NCBI GenBank assembly: GCA_015075585.1
Contig: JABTUB010000001.1
Coordinates: 1,914,274-1,978,273, forward strand
Length of the DNA: 64,000 nt
Source of the DNA: Chloracidobacterium sp.
GTDB taxonomy: Bacteria > Acidobacteriota > Blastocatellia > Pyrinomonadales > Pyrinomonadaceae
Reading direction: 5' to 3'
Shown: piece after piece, positions 32,379 to 41,029 of the stretch
Layout: the number at the start of each line of letters is the position of its first letter
How positions within the stretch are numbered: position 1 is the first letter of the stretch
Position numbers and translations under genes: made by a program
The notes under the pieces: model-generated
The model's input: only the letters and a program-made list of their open reading frames with translations
What the model was told of the DNA's origin: nothing
Database searches by the model: none

Positions 32379-32449
32379 GGTCACGTTCCTCATAAACAAA
32401 GGCCGGCTATTAAATAGCTGCAAAATGCCGGCCCGTTCTAAAAAAATTC

Positions 32450-33646
32450 TTATTGTCCGCCGAAATCATCCAAGCCGGGTATATTGAGTCCTGGCTGCTG
32501 TGATGCCGAACGGGAACCTGACATCGCCGCGCGGGCCTGTGCCATTTTAACGAACGGTTCAACTCCGGCCACAAGCTTGATCGCCTTCACGGTTTCATTA
32601 GGCTGTGTCTTTGTGCTCGAAACTGCGATCATCTCGCCAACGTTCAGATCACCGACCGTAACATTCGGAAAACGATCGATCATTTCGTCGAGGCCTCGTT
32701 GCGAGCCGTTTGCCGCCCCTTCGGGCCGCATGCCGCCGCCCGGCTGCCCTTGTCCCGAAGGACGTTCTTGTCCGCCTTGCTGCTGCCCACGCGGCGGACC
32801 GCCTTGCGAATTCCAATTTCCTCCGCCGGGACGCTGCATACCGGCCATTCTCTCCGCGAACTCAGGCGGAAATCGTTTCATCATCGAAGCGTCCGAAAAT
32901 GAGATCGTTACGTCTTTTTTTCCCGACAGTTCGGTGATGACGATCTCATTTTTTGTCGGATCGACCGATTTGATGGTTCCTGCAACCGTCTGAAACGCTC
33001 CGGTAATGATCTCATCGGCCGAAAAACTCGTGCCGTCCGCACTCTTGTCGCCTTTCGCTCGAAGCTTGTCGCCGATCGCGATCTCACCAAATGAGCTGGG
33101 TTTAGAGTCTGCGAATTTTACAGAGGTTGTTGAATATCTGCGAAATACAGCATCGGACTTCGGAGTTACAACGATCTTCATGATCCCTGCAAGCCCGGCA
33201 GTTTCGACAGTTATCTGGCTTGTTACCGGATCGACGCTCGTGATCGTCCCAGTTATGCCGCGCGTCCGCCATTCTTCGGCCTCTTTAGCACGCTGCTGAT
33301 CGATCGCCGCTTTTGACATCAAATAGATACGGATCGCAGGAACGGTCTTGCCGTCTGTTTCCGGAAACCCGCTGACGATCACCTTGTCGCCTGCCGCTAT
33401 ATCAGACAATACTGAAGGCGTCATCTTCTTCGGATCATCAACGGCGGCTCTTTTGAACTCTGTTTTGGCAGAGACCTTCGCATTGATGGTTCCCGTCGCG
33501 GTTTTAATAACGATCGAATCAGCCGAAACTGAAACAACGTCCCCGCTGATCATCTTTGGTTTTGCGGTGTCGGTCTGCGCAAATGCCGAAAAAAGCGAAC
33601 CCAAAAGTAGAGTTGTGATCAGTGAAAGAAAAAAATGTATTTTCAT
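32450..33646 (-). CDS. Secreted DUF5666-like repeat protein with a Gly/Gln-rich linker
   Basis: Signal peptide. At least four repeats of G-x-(I/V)-x-S-V...I-x-(I/V)-x-T...F-(K/R)-R, plus the low-complexity stretch GGGNWNSQGGPPRGQQQGGQERPSGQGQPGGG. Confidence 0.6.
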   Translation of the reverse strand: MKIHFFLSLITTLLLGSLFSAFAQTDTAKPKMISGDVVSVSADSIVIKTATGTINAKVSAKTEFKRAAVDDPKKMTPSVLSDIAAGDKVIVSGFPETDGKTVPAIRIYLMSKAAIDQQRAKEAEEWRTRGITGTITSVDPVTSQITVETAGLAGIMKIVVTPKSDAVFRRYSTTSVKFADSKPSSFGEIAIGDKLRAKGDKSADGTSFSADEIITGAFQTVAGTIKSVDPTKNEIVITELSGKKDVTISFSDASMMKRFPPEFAERMAGMQRPGGGNWNSQGGPPRGQQQGGQERPSGQGQPGGGMRPEGAANGSQRGLDEMIDRFPNVTVGDLNVGEMIAVSSTKTQPNETVKAIKLVAGVEPFVKMAQARAAMSGSRSASQQPGLNIPGLDDFGGQ

Positions 33647-33716
33647 TTAAGCGATCCGTCCTAACGTTCTGTTGTTACGCAGAAACACAACACAAAGTTG
33701 CGGGCGTAAGTATTAT

Positions 33717-33741
33717 GACGATGTTTTTGACTATATGGTTC
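33717..33741 (-). promoter_or_regulatory. Candidate ECF-type promoter (GAAC-N17-CGTC) upstream of the DUF5666-like/OMP genes
   Basis: The minus strand reads cGAACc-atatagtcaaaaacat-CGTC about 70 nt upstream of the ATG at 33646. Motif match only. Confidence 0.2.
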
Positions 33742-33784
33742 GAGCCGAATTGTAAAGAAATGTAAGGTTTTGCAGACACAGGAC

Positions 33785-34753
33785 TTAGGCAGCGTCCGGC
33801 CTGGGCCGAGTCCTTGCCGTTAGGATCGATCCGATGCCGACGGAGAATATGGCGAACAGAGCGAGCATCCACAAATACGGCAATGAAAGAAGCAGCGTCC
33901 AGGCAGCCACGCCGGTGAGTATCGCGAGCGTCTCCGATCGGTTATTCTTCGGAAAGTACTTCCTTTGCAGCCACTTACCGGTGCTTACCTGAAGAGACAC
34001 GCGCCCAAAAAGGTAGCCCATCAAAAATAACAGGAAGACCATGATAACGACGGTCGCACTAAGCAGCGAAGGCAGCCACGCGGCCGATGCGACCGTTATG
34101 ACACTGCCGGCAAGCAGCGCGCCCGCACCGACAGCAGAGACCCTTGTCGGTGAAAGGCTGATATTAACGACCGCTCGACTGACGGCGCCCGGCGTCATCG
34201 TCGATACGATCATGGTTACGATGAACCACAATAGGGCCACGACGACCCGCTGTATCAAGAAACTCCATGTGAAGGCCGGAGCAAAGATGCGGATCGGATC
34301 GCGAGTCATATCCTTTATCTCGTTCTCGAGGGCTGCAAACATCACGGTCTCCTTGCCCGGCTCGCGCAGCGGGACGTCAGCTTTCGGTTTGTAACTGCCG
34401 CCGAATACGATCACATCGCCGCCGATATAGGCAGTTTCCTCTTGGATGACATTGCCGCCGACTGTTGCCACATCGCCTTCGACACGCCCTTCGACCGTAA
34501 CGTCGCCGCCGATAGCGAGAACGCCCTTGGCACTTTGCTTTACGATCACCGATCTGCCAAAGACATAAACCTCTTGTTCCGGGGCAGATCGGATGATGAC
34601 GGTCGTATCATCGTCCGTAGTCGTGATCTCAGGTTCTGAAAATGCAAGGACAGCACCTGCCAAGGTTACGACCGCCATGGCCGCCCAAAGGCACCTGATA
34701 ACTGATCTTTGCGAAAAAAAAGACACAATGAAGATCGGGTGCCGCGGCGGCAT
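33785..34753 (-). CDS. Membrane protein with a bactofilin-like (polymer-forming cytoskeletal) repeat region
   Basis: N-terminal TM, then GDVTVEGRVEGDVATVGGNVIQEETAYIGGDVIVFGG, then a C-terminal 4-TM block. Start overlaps the anti-sigma stop. Confidence 0.55.
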   Translation of the reverse strand: MPPRHPIFIVSFFSQRSVIRCLWAAMAVVTLAGAVLAFSEPEITTTDDDTTVIIRSAPEQEVYVFGRSVIVKQSAKGVLAIGGDVTVEGRVEGDVATVGGNVIQEETAYIGGDVIVFGGSYKPKADVPLREPGKETVMFAALENEIKDMTRDPIRIFAPAFTWSFLIQRVVVALLWFIVTMIVSTMTPGAVSRAVVNISLSPTRVSAVGAGALLAGSVITVASAAWLPSLLSATVVIMVFLLFLMGYLFGRVSLQVSTGKWLQRKYFPKNNRSETLAILTGVAAWTLLLSLPYLWMLALFAIFSVGIGSILTARTRPRPDAA

Positions 34754-35316
34754 CAGCGATCAAGCCGGCGATAGCGGCCGACTACTCGGGAAACGAGGGC
34801 CACTGAAAGGAGCGACATCAGCACCGGCACGATCAGCACCGCTGCATCAGAACGCAAGGGATACGCCGCATTGCGAAGTACCACGGAGACGCCGATAAAG
34901 AATGAAACAAAGAAATGGCCCGCAACGCCCGCAACGGTCATCGCCTTTTCAAGGAGCGGAACGACGCCTCCCATCTCGGCGCCGGCCGCAAAGAGGATAA
35001 ACAAACCAAAGGCGGCAACGATAAATATGGTATTGAACCTTTCCCCGGGATGGCGCAGCCCTTCAACGCTGCTTTCGGCCTTTATGATGATCTGCTTTGC
35101 AAAATCCGCCGGAAGCTCAGGATCAGAAGATGCCAATTCGAGGCCGATGGCACGCAGAAGGGACTTTTGAATATTCAGCTCGGCTGCGCACGACCGACAA
35201 CCGGCGATATGCTCTTCCAAAAAGGCCTCACACTCCGCATCGAGTTCACCGTCAACGTACGCGGCGATCTCAAAACGCGGACACGCGGCCAATTCCTTTT
35301 CTTTGGCGTCGATCAT
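34753..35316 (-). CDS. Anti-sigma factor (zf-HC2 type)
   Basis: The N-terminal motif HIAGCRSCAAEL (H-x3-C-x2-C) and C-terminal TM helices. Abuts the ECF sigma gene. Confidence 0.7.
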   Translation of the reverse strand: MIDAKEKELAACPRFEIAAYVDGELDAECEAFLEEHIAGCRSCAAELNIQKSLLRAIGLELASSDPELPADFAKQIIIKAESSVEGLRHPGERFNTIFIVAAFGLFILFAAGAEMGGVVPLLEKAMTVAGVAGHFFVSFFIGVSVVLRNAAYPLRSDAAVLIVPVLMSLLSVALVSRVVGRYRRLDR

Positions 35317-35922
35317 CTAAATGCCTGTGAAGCCCCTTTCGATCAGCAGACCGCGCATCATCTCTCGTGCACGGAAAAGCCTGTTCTTTACCGTTCCGAG
35401 CGGCAGCGAGGTAACTTCAGCGATCTCGTCATAGCTGAGGTCGCGCGAATGGCGAAGAACTATCAGATCGCGATAAGCAGGCGGCAGTTCTTCTACAACA
35501 GCCTCGATCTCTGAACGCCATTCGTTGCGTTCATGGTCCTGCTCCGGCGTCGGCTGCGACGATTCGATCTGAAGTTGGTATGTGCCGTCCGAATTCTCAA
35601 CGTCAAGGCTCTGTGTTACCAAGGAGTTACGCCTTATGTGATCGATAGCTGCATTATGAGCTATTCGATAAAGCCATGTAGAGAACTTGAAAGAATCACT
35701 GTACTTATCGAGCGAATTATAGACCTTTATAAAGACCTCTTGAGCCACATCAAGCGAGGCTTCATAATTGCCGACCATTCTGAAAATATACCCCGTGATC
35801 GGGCGTTGATAGCGGCGGACCAACTCCTCAAAGCAGTCGCCCCGACCTGCCATTGACCCTACGATCAGATCGGCATCAGCCGTTGCGGCCACCACTTCGA
35901 TAGAAATTGCCCGTGCGGTCAT
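35317..35922 (-). CDS. ECF (sigma-70 family, group 4) RNA polymerase sigma factor
   Basis: Region 2 (DVAQEVFIKVY...FSTWLYRIAHNAAIDHIRR) and region 4 (LSYDEIAEVTSLPLGTVKNRLFRAR). Confidence 0.9.
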   Translation of the reverse strand: MTARAISIEVVAATADADLIVGSMAGRGDCFEELVRRYQRPITGYIFRMVGNYEASLDVAQEVFIKVYNSLDKYSDSFKFSTWLYRIAHNAAIDHIRRNSLVTQSLDVENSDGTYQLQIESSQPTPEQDHERNEWRSEIEAVVEELPPAYRDLIVLRHSRDLSYDEIAEVTSLPLGTVKNRLFRAREMMRGLLIERGFTGI

Positions 35923-35935
35923 ATCCGTGCGTTAC

Positions 35936-35961
35936 TACGGTATTGTGCAGGGTTTTGTTTC
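35936..35961 (-). promoter_or_regulatory. Candidate autoregulated ECF-type promoter (GAAAC-N17-CGTA)
   Basis: The minus strand reads tGAAAC-aaaaccctgcacaatac-CGTA in the 57-bp gap upstream of the sigma gene. It shares AAC-N17-CGT with the site at 33717-33741. It would leave a very short leader. Confidence 0.2.
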
Positions 35962-35979
35962 AAACTGCAAAGGCCCGAA

Positions 35980-36900
35980 TCAGGCGAGGAGGGCAAGCCC
36001 GGCGGGAGCCGCAATGTCACTGAGGTCGAACTCTGCCGAAGGAAGAAATAACCCGATATCAGCGGCACCCGCCATCGGAGCGTCAAACCCCAGAGCATCC
36101 GAAGCGACGGCACCGATCTTGTGCGATGCAAGGCCCTTGCCGACAACGAGCAAACGATCGAGCGAATTCGACGAGCTCCCGTAACGGTCTTTGTAGAACA
36201 TTAAAAGCCGATAGACCTCGTCGTCGAGACCGCTTTCCGTGCAGGTTACCGTGCGTATGACCGCAGGTTCATCGCCGCGAATCACAAGGGCCGTGAACCC
36301 GTCATTCTGACCGCTGATAAGTATCGAATCGCCGGTCGAACGTCCGAGAAGCCAGTTCGCCTCACTCACTGCTCGCGGCAAAATAAGACCCACGCGCCAC
36401 CCGAAACTCTCGAACGCCGTCTCGTATTCGTCAATAACAGCAAGTTTGATAGCTGTTGCAAAATAGCGCGGCCTCCCTTCCCGATCCGGGCGGATATTTT
36501 GAAGTGAGATCCGCATCTCCTCGGCAGGAACACCGAATGTCTGCCCGGCTTTCCAATCAAGTATCTCTTCGGTCTCGCCGCGTGCCGAAGGGCGCGATTC
36601 AAGAGTTATGATAGCACTTCGCGCAGCGCTTGCCGGTAATGCGACCGACCATCGCCTTTGTGACAGCAATCCGGCATTCGTTACCGCATCTTGTAAACAA
36701 TTCGCAAATTCCGCCGGATCCGCAAGATTATCGTCGAAAAAACTCGGGATACACGCTCCCGGAGGTATCGCCACGGTTGATGCCTGTTTTATCGAAAATC
36801 CCGTGCGTCCTTCCTTTTGCAGCGAAAGCGCTGTAACGCTGTCTCTCGAAAGCCCTATGGCGGCATTCGGAAATCGTGGTTGTGTAAGACTTGAGAACAT
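35980..36900 (-). CDS. PilM/GspL-like (actin-like ATPase fold) pilus/secretion assembly protein
   Basis: AIGLSRDSVTALSL resembles the PilM N-terminal GLDIGSSSIK block. Follows two pseudopilin genes. The ATG at 36900 avoids overlap with the upstream gene. Confidence 0.5.
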   Translation of the reverse strand: MFSSLTQPRFPNAAIGLSRDSVTALSLQKEGRTGFSIKQASTVAIPPGACIPSFFDDNLADPAEFANCLQDAVTNAGLLSQRRWSVALPASAARSAIITLESRPSARGETEEILDWKAGQTFGVPAEEMRISLQNIRPDREGRPRYFATAIKLAVIDEYETAFESFGWRVGLILPRAVSEANWLLGRSTGDSILISGQNDGFTALVIRGDEPAVIRTVTCTESGLDDEVYRLLMFYKDRYGSSSNSLDRLLVVGKGLASHKIGAVASDALGFDAPMAGAADIGLFLPSAEFDLSDIAAPAGLALLA

Positions 36901-36907
36901 TTTGTCG

Positions 36908-37300
36908 TCAGTACTTCTTGTATTCGAGACCCTCGGAATCAACGCCGTCGGCAAGGCTGTGAACATCTTTCAGGCCTGTTCTTCCGTCCGGGTCGGCCGT
37001 GTCCTCTCCCTGCACTTCTTCCCATTCATCCTTTTCAAGTATCGGATCGATGGGCTTTTCACGAAGATAATTCGCCTTGACCAGATCGTCGATCGACTGC
37101 GGCAGTTTGCCTTTGTCGGCCGTGTATTGATCTATGGCACGCCGCATTTGCCAAAGATTCTCCTTCAGCACCGTTTCTTTTGCGTGTTGGATGCTTCGCT
37201 GATATGTCGGCACCGCTACTGAGAGCAGAATGATCAGGATGAACATCGCGATCATCAGCTCAAGCAGCGAAAATCCCCGACAGTTTCTGCGCTTTACCAC
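36908..37300 (-). CDS. GspG-like type II secretion pseudopilin (prepilin N-terminal methylation domain)
   Basis: GFSLLELMIAMFILIILL prepilin motif, AIDQYTADKGKLPQSIDDLV and a GspG-like C-terminus. GTG start overlaps the upstream stop. Confidence 0.8.
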   Translation of the reverse strand: MVKRRNCRGFSLLELMIAMFILIILLSVAVPTYQRSIQHAKETVLKENLWQMRRAIDQYTADKGKLPQSIDDLVKANYLREKPIDPILEKDEWEEVQGEDTADPDGRTGLKDVHSLADGVDSEGLEYKKY

Positions 37301-37923
37301 GTACTGTACTTCTCCCCGTTCAGACCTTCCTCATCCGAACTTGACCGAATATCAAAGAGATTGATCTCATCCCAGCTGTCCGCATCCTTGCCTTGATACG
37401 ATGATCGGATCTTCCAATCGGATTTCCCGGTCATCGGGTCGATCGGCATCTCGCGCAGATACTTCTTGACCATCTCCTTATTGCTGTTCAACTCGGTCGC
37501 CTGCGGCGAACCGTCCGTAATGCCGCTGCCGCCGCGCATCGTGATGCTGCGGGCCTTTACTTTGACACCGTTCACGAGCGTGTCGAGCGACGGCGGATAC
37601 CGGTCGAGATTATCCGTTTCGAATATCTTGCAGTCATCTATTACCACGCGCGAACGCGGATCAGAAGGTATATTGCCGCCCGGCATTGCAGGATTTCCGC
37701 TTGTTACCGCACCTTGCGGACACGCCCCGACGCTGTCGCGTTTGAACTCGTCGACCGCATTGCGTACATCACGCAGAACCTCGCGCAAGCGGCTCTCACG
37801 CTGCCGCTTTACGGCATTCTGTGCGATCGGTATCGACCCCATAACGAGCACAGCAAGGACGGTCAGCGTCGCCATCAATTCGAGCAGCGTATAGCCGTCC
37901 TGTACCTTTGTGAAGCGAAACAT
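37294..37923 (-). CDS. GspG-like pseudopilin, long variant (209 aa)
   Basis: GYTLLELMATLTVLAVLV prepilin motif, AVDEFKRD...YPPSLDTLV and a C-terminal DIRSSSDEEGLNGEKYSTW. Confidence 0.75.
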   Translation of the reverse strand: MFRFTKVQDGYTLLELMATLTVLAVLVMGSIPIAQNAVKRQRESRLREVLRDVRNAVDEFKRDSVGACPQGAVTSGNPAMPGGNIPSDPRSRVVIDDCKIFETDNLDRYPPSLDTLVNGVKVKARSITMRGGSGITDGSPQATELNSNKEMVKKYLREMPIDPMTGKSDWKIRSSYQGKDADSWDEINLFDIRSSSDEEGLNGEKYSTW

Positions 37924-37926
37924 CTG

Positions 37927-40350
37927 CTATTCGATCACCTTCACCGCGATAGGCGAGCCGTCCTCGCCAAGCATATTGAGCATACTGCGATCGAACGAAA
38001 CTGCCGGTTCGCCATCGGCAAGTGCTTCGACCTCAATAAACGCAAGAACACCGTTAGCACTGACCGTCCCGTTCGGTGAAATGAGCGATATGTACGTCCG
38101 ACCGCCTTGATTCAAGAAAGGAGTGACCGGCGTATCGGCCTTATCACCAAAAATACTGCCAAGCACGACATTTCGTACCGCGACCTTTGCCGGGTCAAAT
38201 TTCAGACCGACGACCGCCGACCCGAACTGTGCGGAACCGTCAGCCAGGATCGCGATTCGGGCCGTCTCGCCTGCCTTCATCGACGAAGGCATTGTGCCCA
38301 ACGTAACCGCTGCTCGCGCAGCGGCGGCTGCCGTCGTCGCCCCCATATCGGCGGTCTCTGTCAGCTTAAGGGTCTTAACAGAAGCGTCGATCGGCTTGAG
38401 TGTCGGCACGGCGGCGACACTCTGAGCATTCGACGGCTGCGATACAGCAGCGGTCGTATCACCCTTTACGTACTCAGGAGCTTGCTCCTGCTGATCGGGT
38501 AGCTGCACTTGAGTATTTGTCGGGATGCGGCGGGCCGCTGCGAGCAGATCTTCCTGCGCATCTTCGAGAACCATCGCTTCAAGATTATTCGTCGTCGGCA
38601 CTGCAAGGCTCCCTGTCTCACGTTCAGCCTCGTCCTCAGGCAAAATTGCGGGAGCACGTATGACGCGCGGCGTTATGGCAATAACGATATCGACCTGTCG
38701 ATTATCCCTGGTCGGAGCAGTGAACAGCCGCCCTAAGATCGGTATCAGTCCGAGGAGCGGCAGTCCCGTACGCCCTTTCGACTCGACGCCTTGTGCAACG
38801 CTGGCAAGAAGCAGCGTCTTATTGTTCTGCACTCGTGCAGTGCCCTTGATCGTACGTTCCGTGAATGTCGGCGTCAAGGTTCTCGCACCTGCAACATCCT
38901 TCGATTCGATCTCCATGGCGACCTGGACATCCTGGTTTGGAAATACCAGCGGCTTAAATTTCAGAGTAAGGCCGACCTGCTCATAATTGATCACGTTCGA
39001 CACAACGCCGGCTCCTGTTCCGGCATTCGTAGCACCTGTTACGAACTGAGCACTCTGCACCGGCACGCGCTGTCCGATCCGCGCGGAAGAATCCTCGTTG
39101 TTGAATGCATGGATCTGCGTAGATGCGATCAGTTTAGTGTTCGACTTTGATTGCAAGGCCGTAAAATTGCTTATCGGAAGGCCGAATGCGATCCCGGCGG
39201 CGTTCAACCCCGGGAACATCCCGCCGGTGATCAAACCGCTGTCTCCGCTCCGCAGAATGCCAAAACCTGCACCGCCGAGGTTCAAAAGGCTTCCCTGATC
39301 TCCGCCGGTTCCTATCTGATTGCCGAACTGCATCAGATCACTCTTATTGACCTCGTAAATGCCTACGTCCATCACGACCTCTGCCCGATCCTTATCGAGT
39401 GAGCGGATCAATTGGCCGATCAATCGGATATTCTCAGCGGTATCACGGACCGTTACGCTGTTTGTGGCATCATCGGTAAGAACGATCGTCTGGCTTCTTC
39501 CGGGTTGTGCCGGAATGGCGGTTTGCACGACCTTCTGCACGTCTTTTGGGCTTGCATTCGCAAGATAGAAGGTGCGCAGCACAAGTTGTTGGAACTTTGT
39601 ACGCTGGGCCTGCGCCGCAACAAGTATAGTGTGCGGGCCGACCTTCTGGAAAAAGAGGCCTTCTTGCAAAAAAATGTAATCGAGAGCTCGTGCTGCCGTT
39701 ACATTCTTCAGGTCGATCGCGGTCTTGCGGCCCGCCGTTCTGAAGGATTCGATGTCAAAGAGAACATTCAGGTCGAGATCGCGTGCAAGGTCTTTGATTA
39801 TGAACTGAAGGTCAACGCCATTCGGAAAAACGAGATCGCGGACCTTTTCTAGTTTTTGGGGAACCTGAGCTCCCGCCGGCAATTTAACGGTTCCGAACGC
39901 CGTAGGAACGAATCTCGATCCGTCATCGACAACCTTCTTTTCTTTATCGGCCGGAACAGGGTTAGCAGCCTTTTGCAGCCGGATCATCCGCTCCATTTCC
40001 GACTTCGCCAATTCGTTGGTCGGATCGAACGCATAAGCTTTACGAAATGCAATATAGCCGGCTTCGTAGTCCTTCTCCTTCGCGGCCAGTGTTCCCTTTT
40101 TTATGTACTGCTGCGATGCGTTAAAGAGAGCGCGCTGCAAATGCAGCCTGTACTCAGGGTTCTTTGGGTTATCGGCAACAGCCAGCGTGAACTCTTCAGC
40201 GGCCTTATCCCACTCTTCGGCAACCTCATATTTAACGCCTTTCTTGAAATGTTTCTTTCCGTCACCGAAGGCGAGGACCGCTGTCGGTGAAAGAAGGGAC
40301 GCCAACAAAATAAGACTGATCAAGGTGCTGATGCGGGTTGATTTTTTCAT
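37927..40350 (-). CDS. Secretin (GspD/PilQ family) with an N-terminal TPR region and a C-terminal cohesin-like domain
   Basis: Signal peptide at the ATG 40350, TPR-like helices and a secretin core (VMDVGIYEVN...LPLLGLIPILGRLF...IAITPRVI). A 240-aa C-terminal extension ends in a cohesin-like beta domain. Confidence 0.85.
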   Translation of the reverse strand: MKKSTRISTLISLILLASLLSPTAVLAFGDGKKHFKKGVKYEVAEEWDKAAEEFTLAVADNPKNPEYRLHLQRALFNASQQYIKKGTLAAKEKDYEAGYIAFRKAYAFDPTNELAKSEMERMIRLQKAANPVPADKEKKVVDDGSRFVPTAFGTVKLPAGAQVPQKLEKVRDLVFPNGVDLQFIIKDLARDLDLNVLFDIESFRTAGRKTAIDLKNVTAARALDYIFLQEGLFFQKVGPHTILVAAQAQRTKFQQLVLRTFYLANASPKDVQKVVQTAIPAQPGRSQTIVLTDDATNSVTVRDTAENIRLIGQLIRSLDKDRAEVVMDVGIYEVNKSDLMQFGNQIGTGGDQGSLLNLGGAGFGILRSGDSGLITGGMFPGLNAAGIAFGLPISNFTALQSKSNTKLIASTQIHAFNNEDSSARIGQRVPVQSAQFVTGATNAGTGAGVVSNVINYEQVGLTLKFKPLVFPNQDVQVAMEIESKDVAGARTLTPTFTERTIKGTARVQNNKTLLLASVAQGVESKGRTGLPLLGLIPILGRLFTAPTRDNRQVDIVIAITPRVIRAPAILPEDEAERETGSLAVPTTNNLEAMVLEDAQEDLLAAARRIPTNTQVQLPDQQEQAPEYVKGDTTAAVSQPSNAQSVAAVPTLKPIDASVKTLKLTETADMGATTAAAAARAAVTLGTMPSSMKAGETARIAILADGSAQFGSAVVGLKFDPAKVAVRNVVLGSIFGDKADTPVTPFLNQGGRTYISLISPNGTVSANGVLAFIEVEALADGEPAVSFDRSMLNMLGEDGSPIAVKVIE

Positions 40351-40513
40351 AGCAAAATAAACGGGCTGATGATATGCTGCCGAGCAAAGATCGTGACTGA
40401 GTACACGCACACTGCCCTCCGTTAGTTGCATTTTTCGTCCAACGTTCGGAGCAGGCAGAAACTTACACTGATTTTCGAGCCTTTATCGCAAAAAATCAAG
40501 GCAGATCAATACG

Positions 40514-41029
40514 TTACGGCTCTTGCGCGGCCGCCGGCGGTACGCTTTCGAGATGCTCCTTTGCCTTCTCTATAAATATCCTGATCATTTCACGGATCTT
40601 CTTTGTCATTTCGCTGCCGATAAGCGACTCTCCAGCCAAGCCGGCGAGAAGATGGAGCTCGCGGGCGGAATTGCGTCTCAATTCAACCATTTGCGAGAAA
40701 TATACTTGGGTAACACCCTTTGCTTTCTCAACGAAATCAGCTGAATAACGCAGAAAATTCTGCTTTTCACCGTGAGCCGGCGCCCATTCGATCCGTTCGG
40801 GCGTGTCCTCGGCAAGTTCCACGGCAAATTGCTGCAGCATGCGGCCGACAAGCGGTATATCCGCCTCGATCCGCCAATGAGCGATGCCGCCGGCGTCCTT
40901 GTGTATTTGCGCGATGCCGGGCATATGCCGCACAAAATTTGAAACATCGGCAAAGAACGCTCTCGCCGCATCTATACCCGATCGCAACTCTATCTCGCTG
41001 CTGTATCCCGCCTTTACAATGAACATCAA
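40514..41029 (-). CDS. SRPBCC (START/polyketide cyclase-like) family protein
   Basis: 171 aa with the pattern typical of SRPBCC ligand-binding proteins (FFADVSNFVRHMPGI...W). Overlaps the M14 peptidase stop by 4 nt. Confidence 0.55.
   Translation of the reverse strand: MMFIVKAGYSSEIELRSGIDAARAFFADVSNFVRHMPGIAQIHKDAGGIAHWRIEADIPLVGRMLQQFAVELAEDTPERIEWAPAHGEKQNFLRYSADFVEKAKGVTQVYFSQMVELRRNSARELHLLAGLAGESLIGSEMTKKIREMIRIFIEKAKEHLESVPPAAAQEP

Noticed and set aside
36608-37222. 204-aa plus-strand ORF spanning the PilM-like and pseudopilin genes
   Set aside because: It overlaps two minus-strand genes that have recognisable prepilin and PilM-like motifs, and it has no motif of its own.
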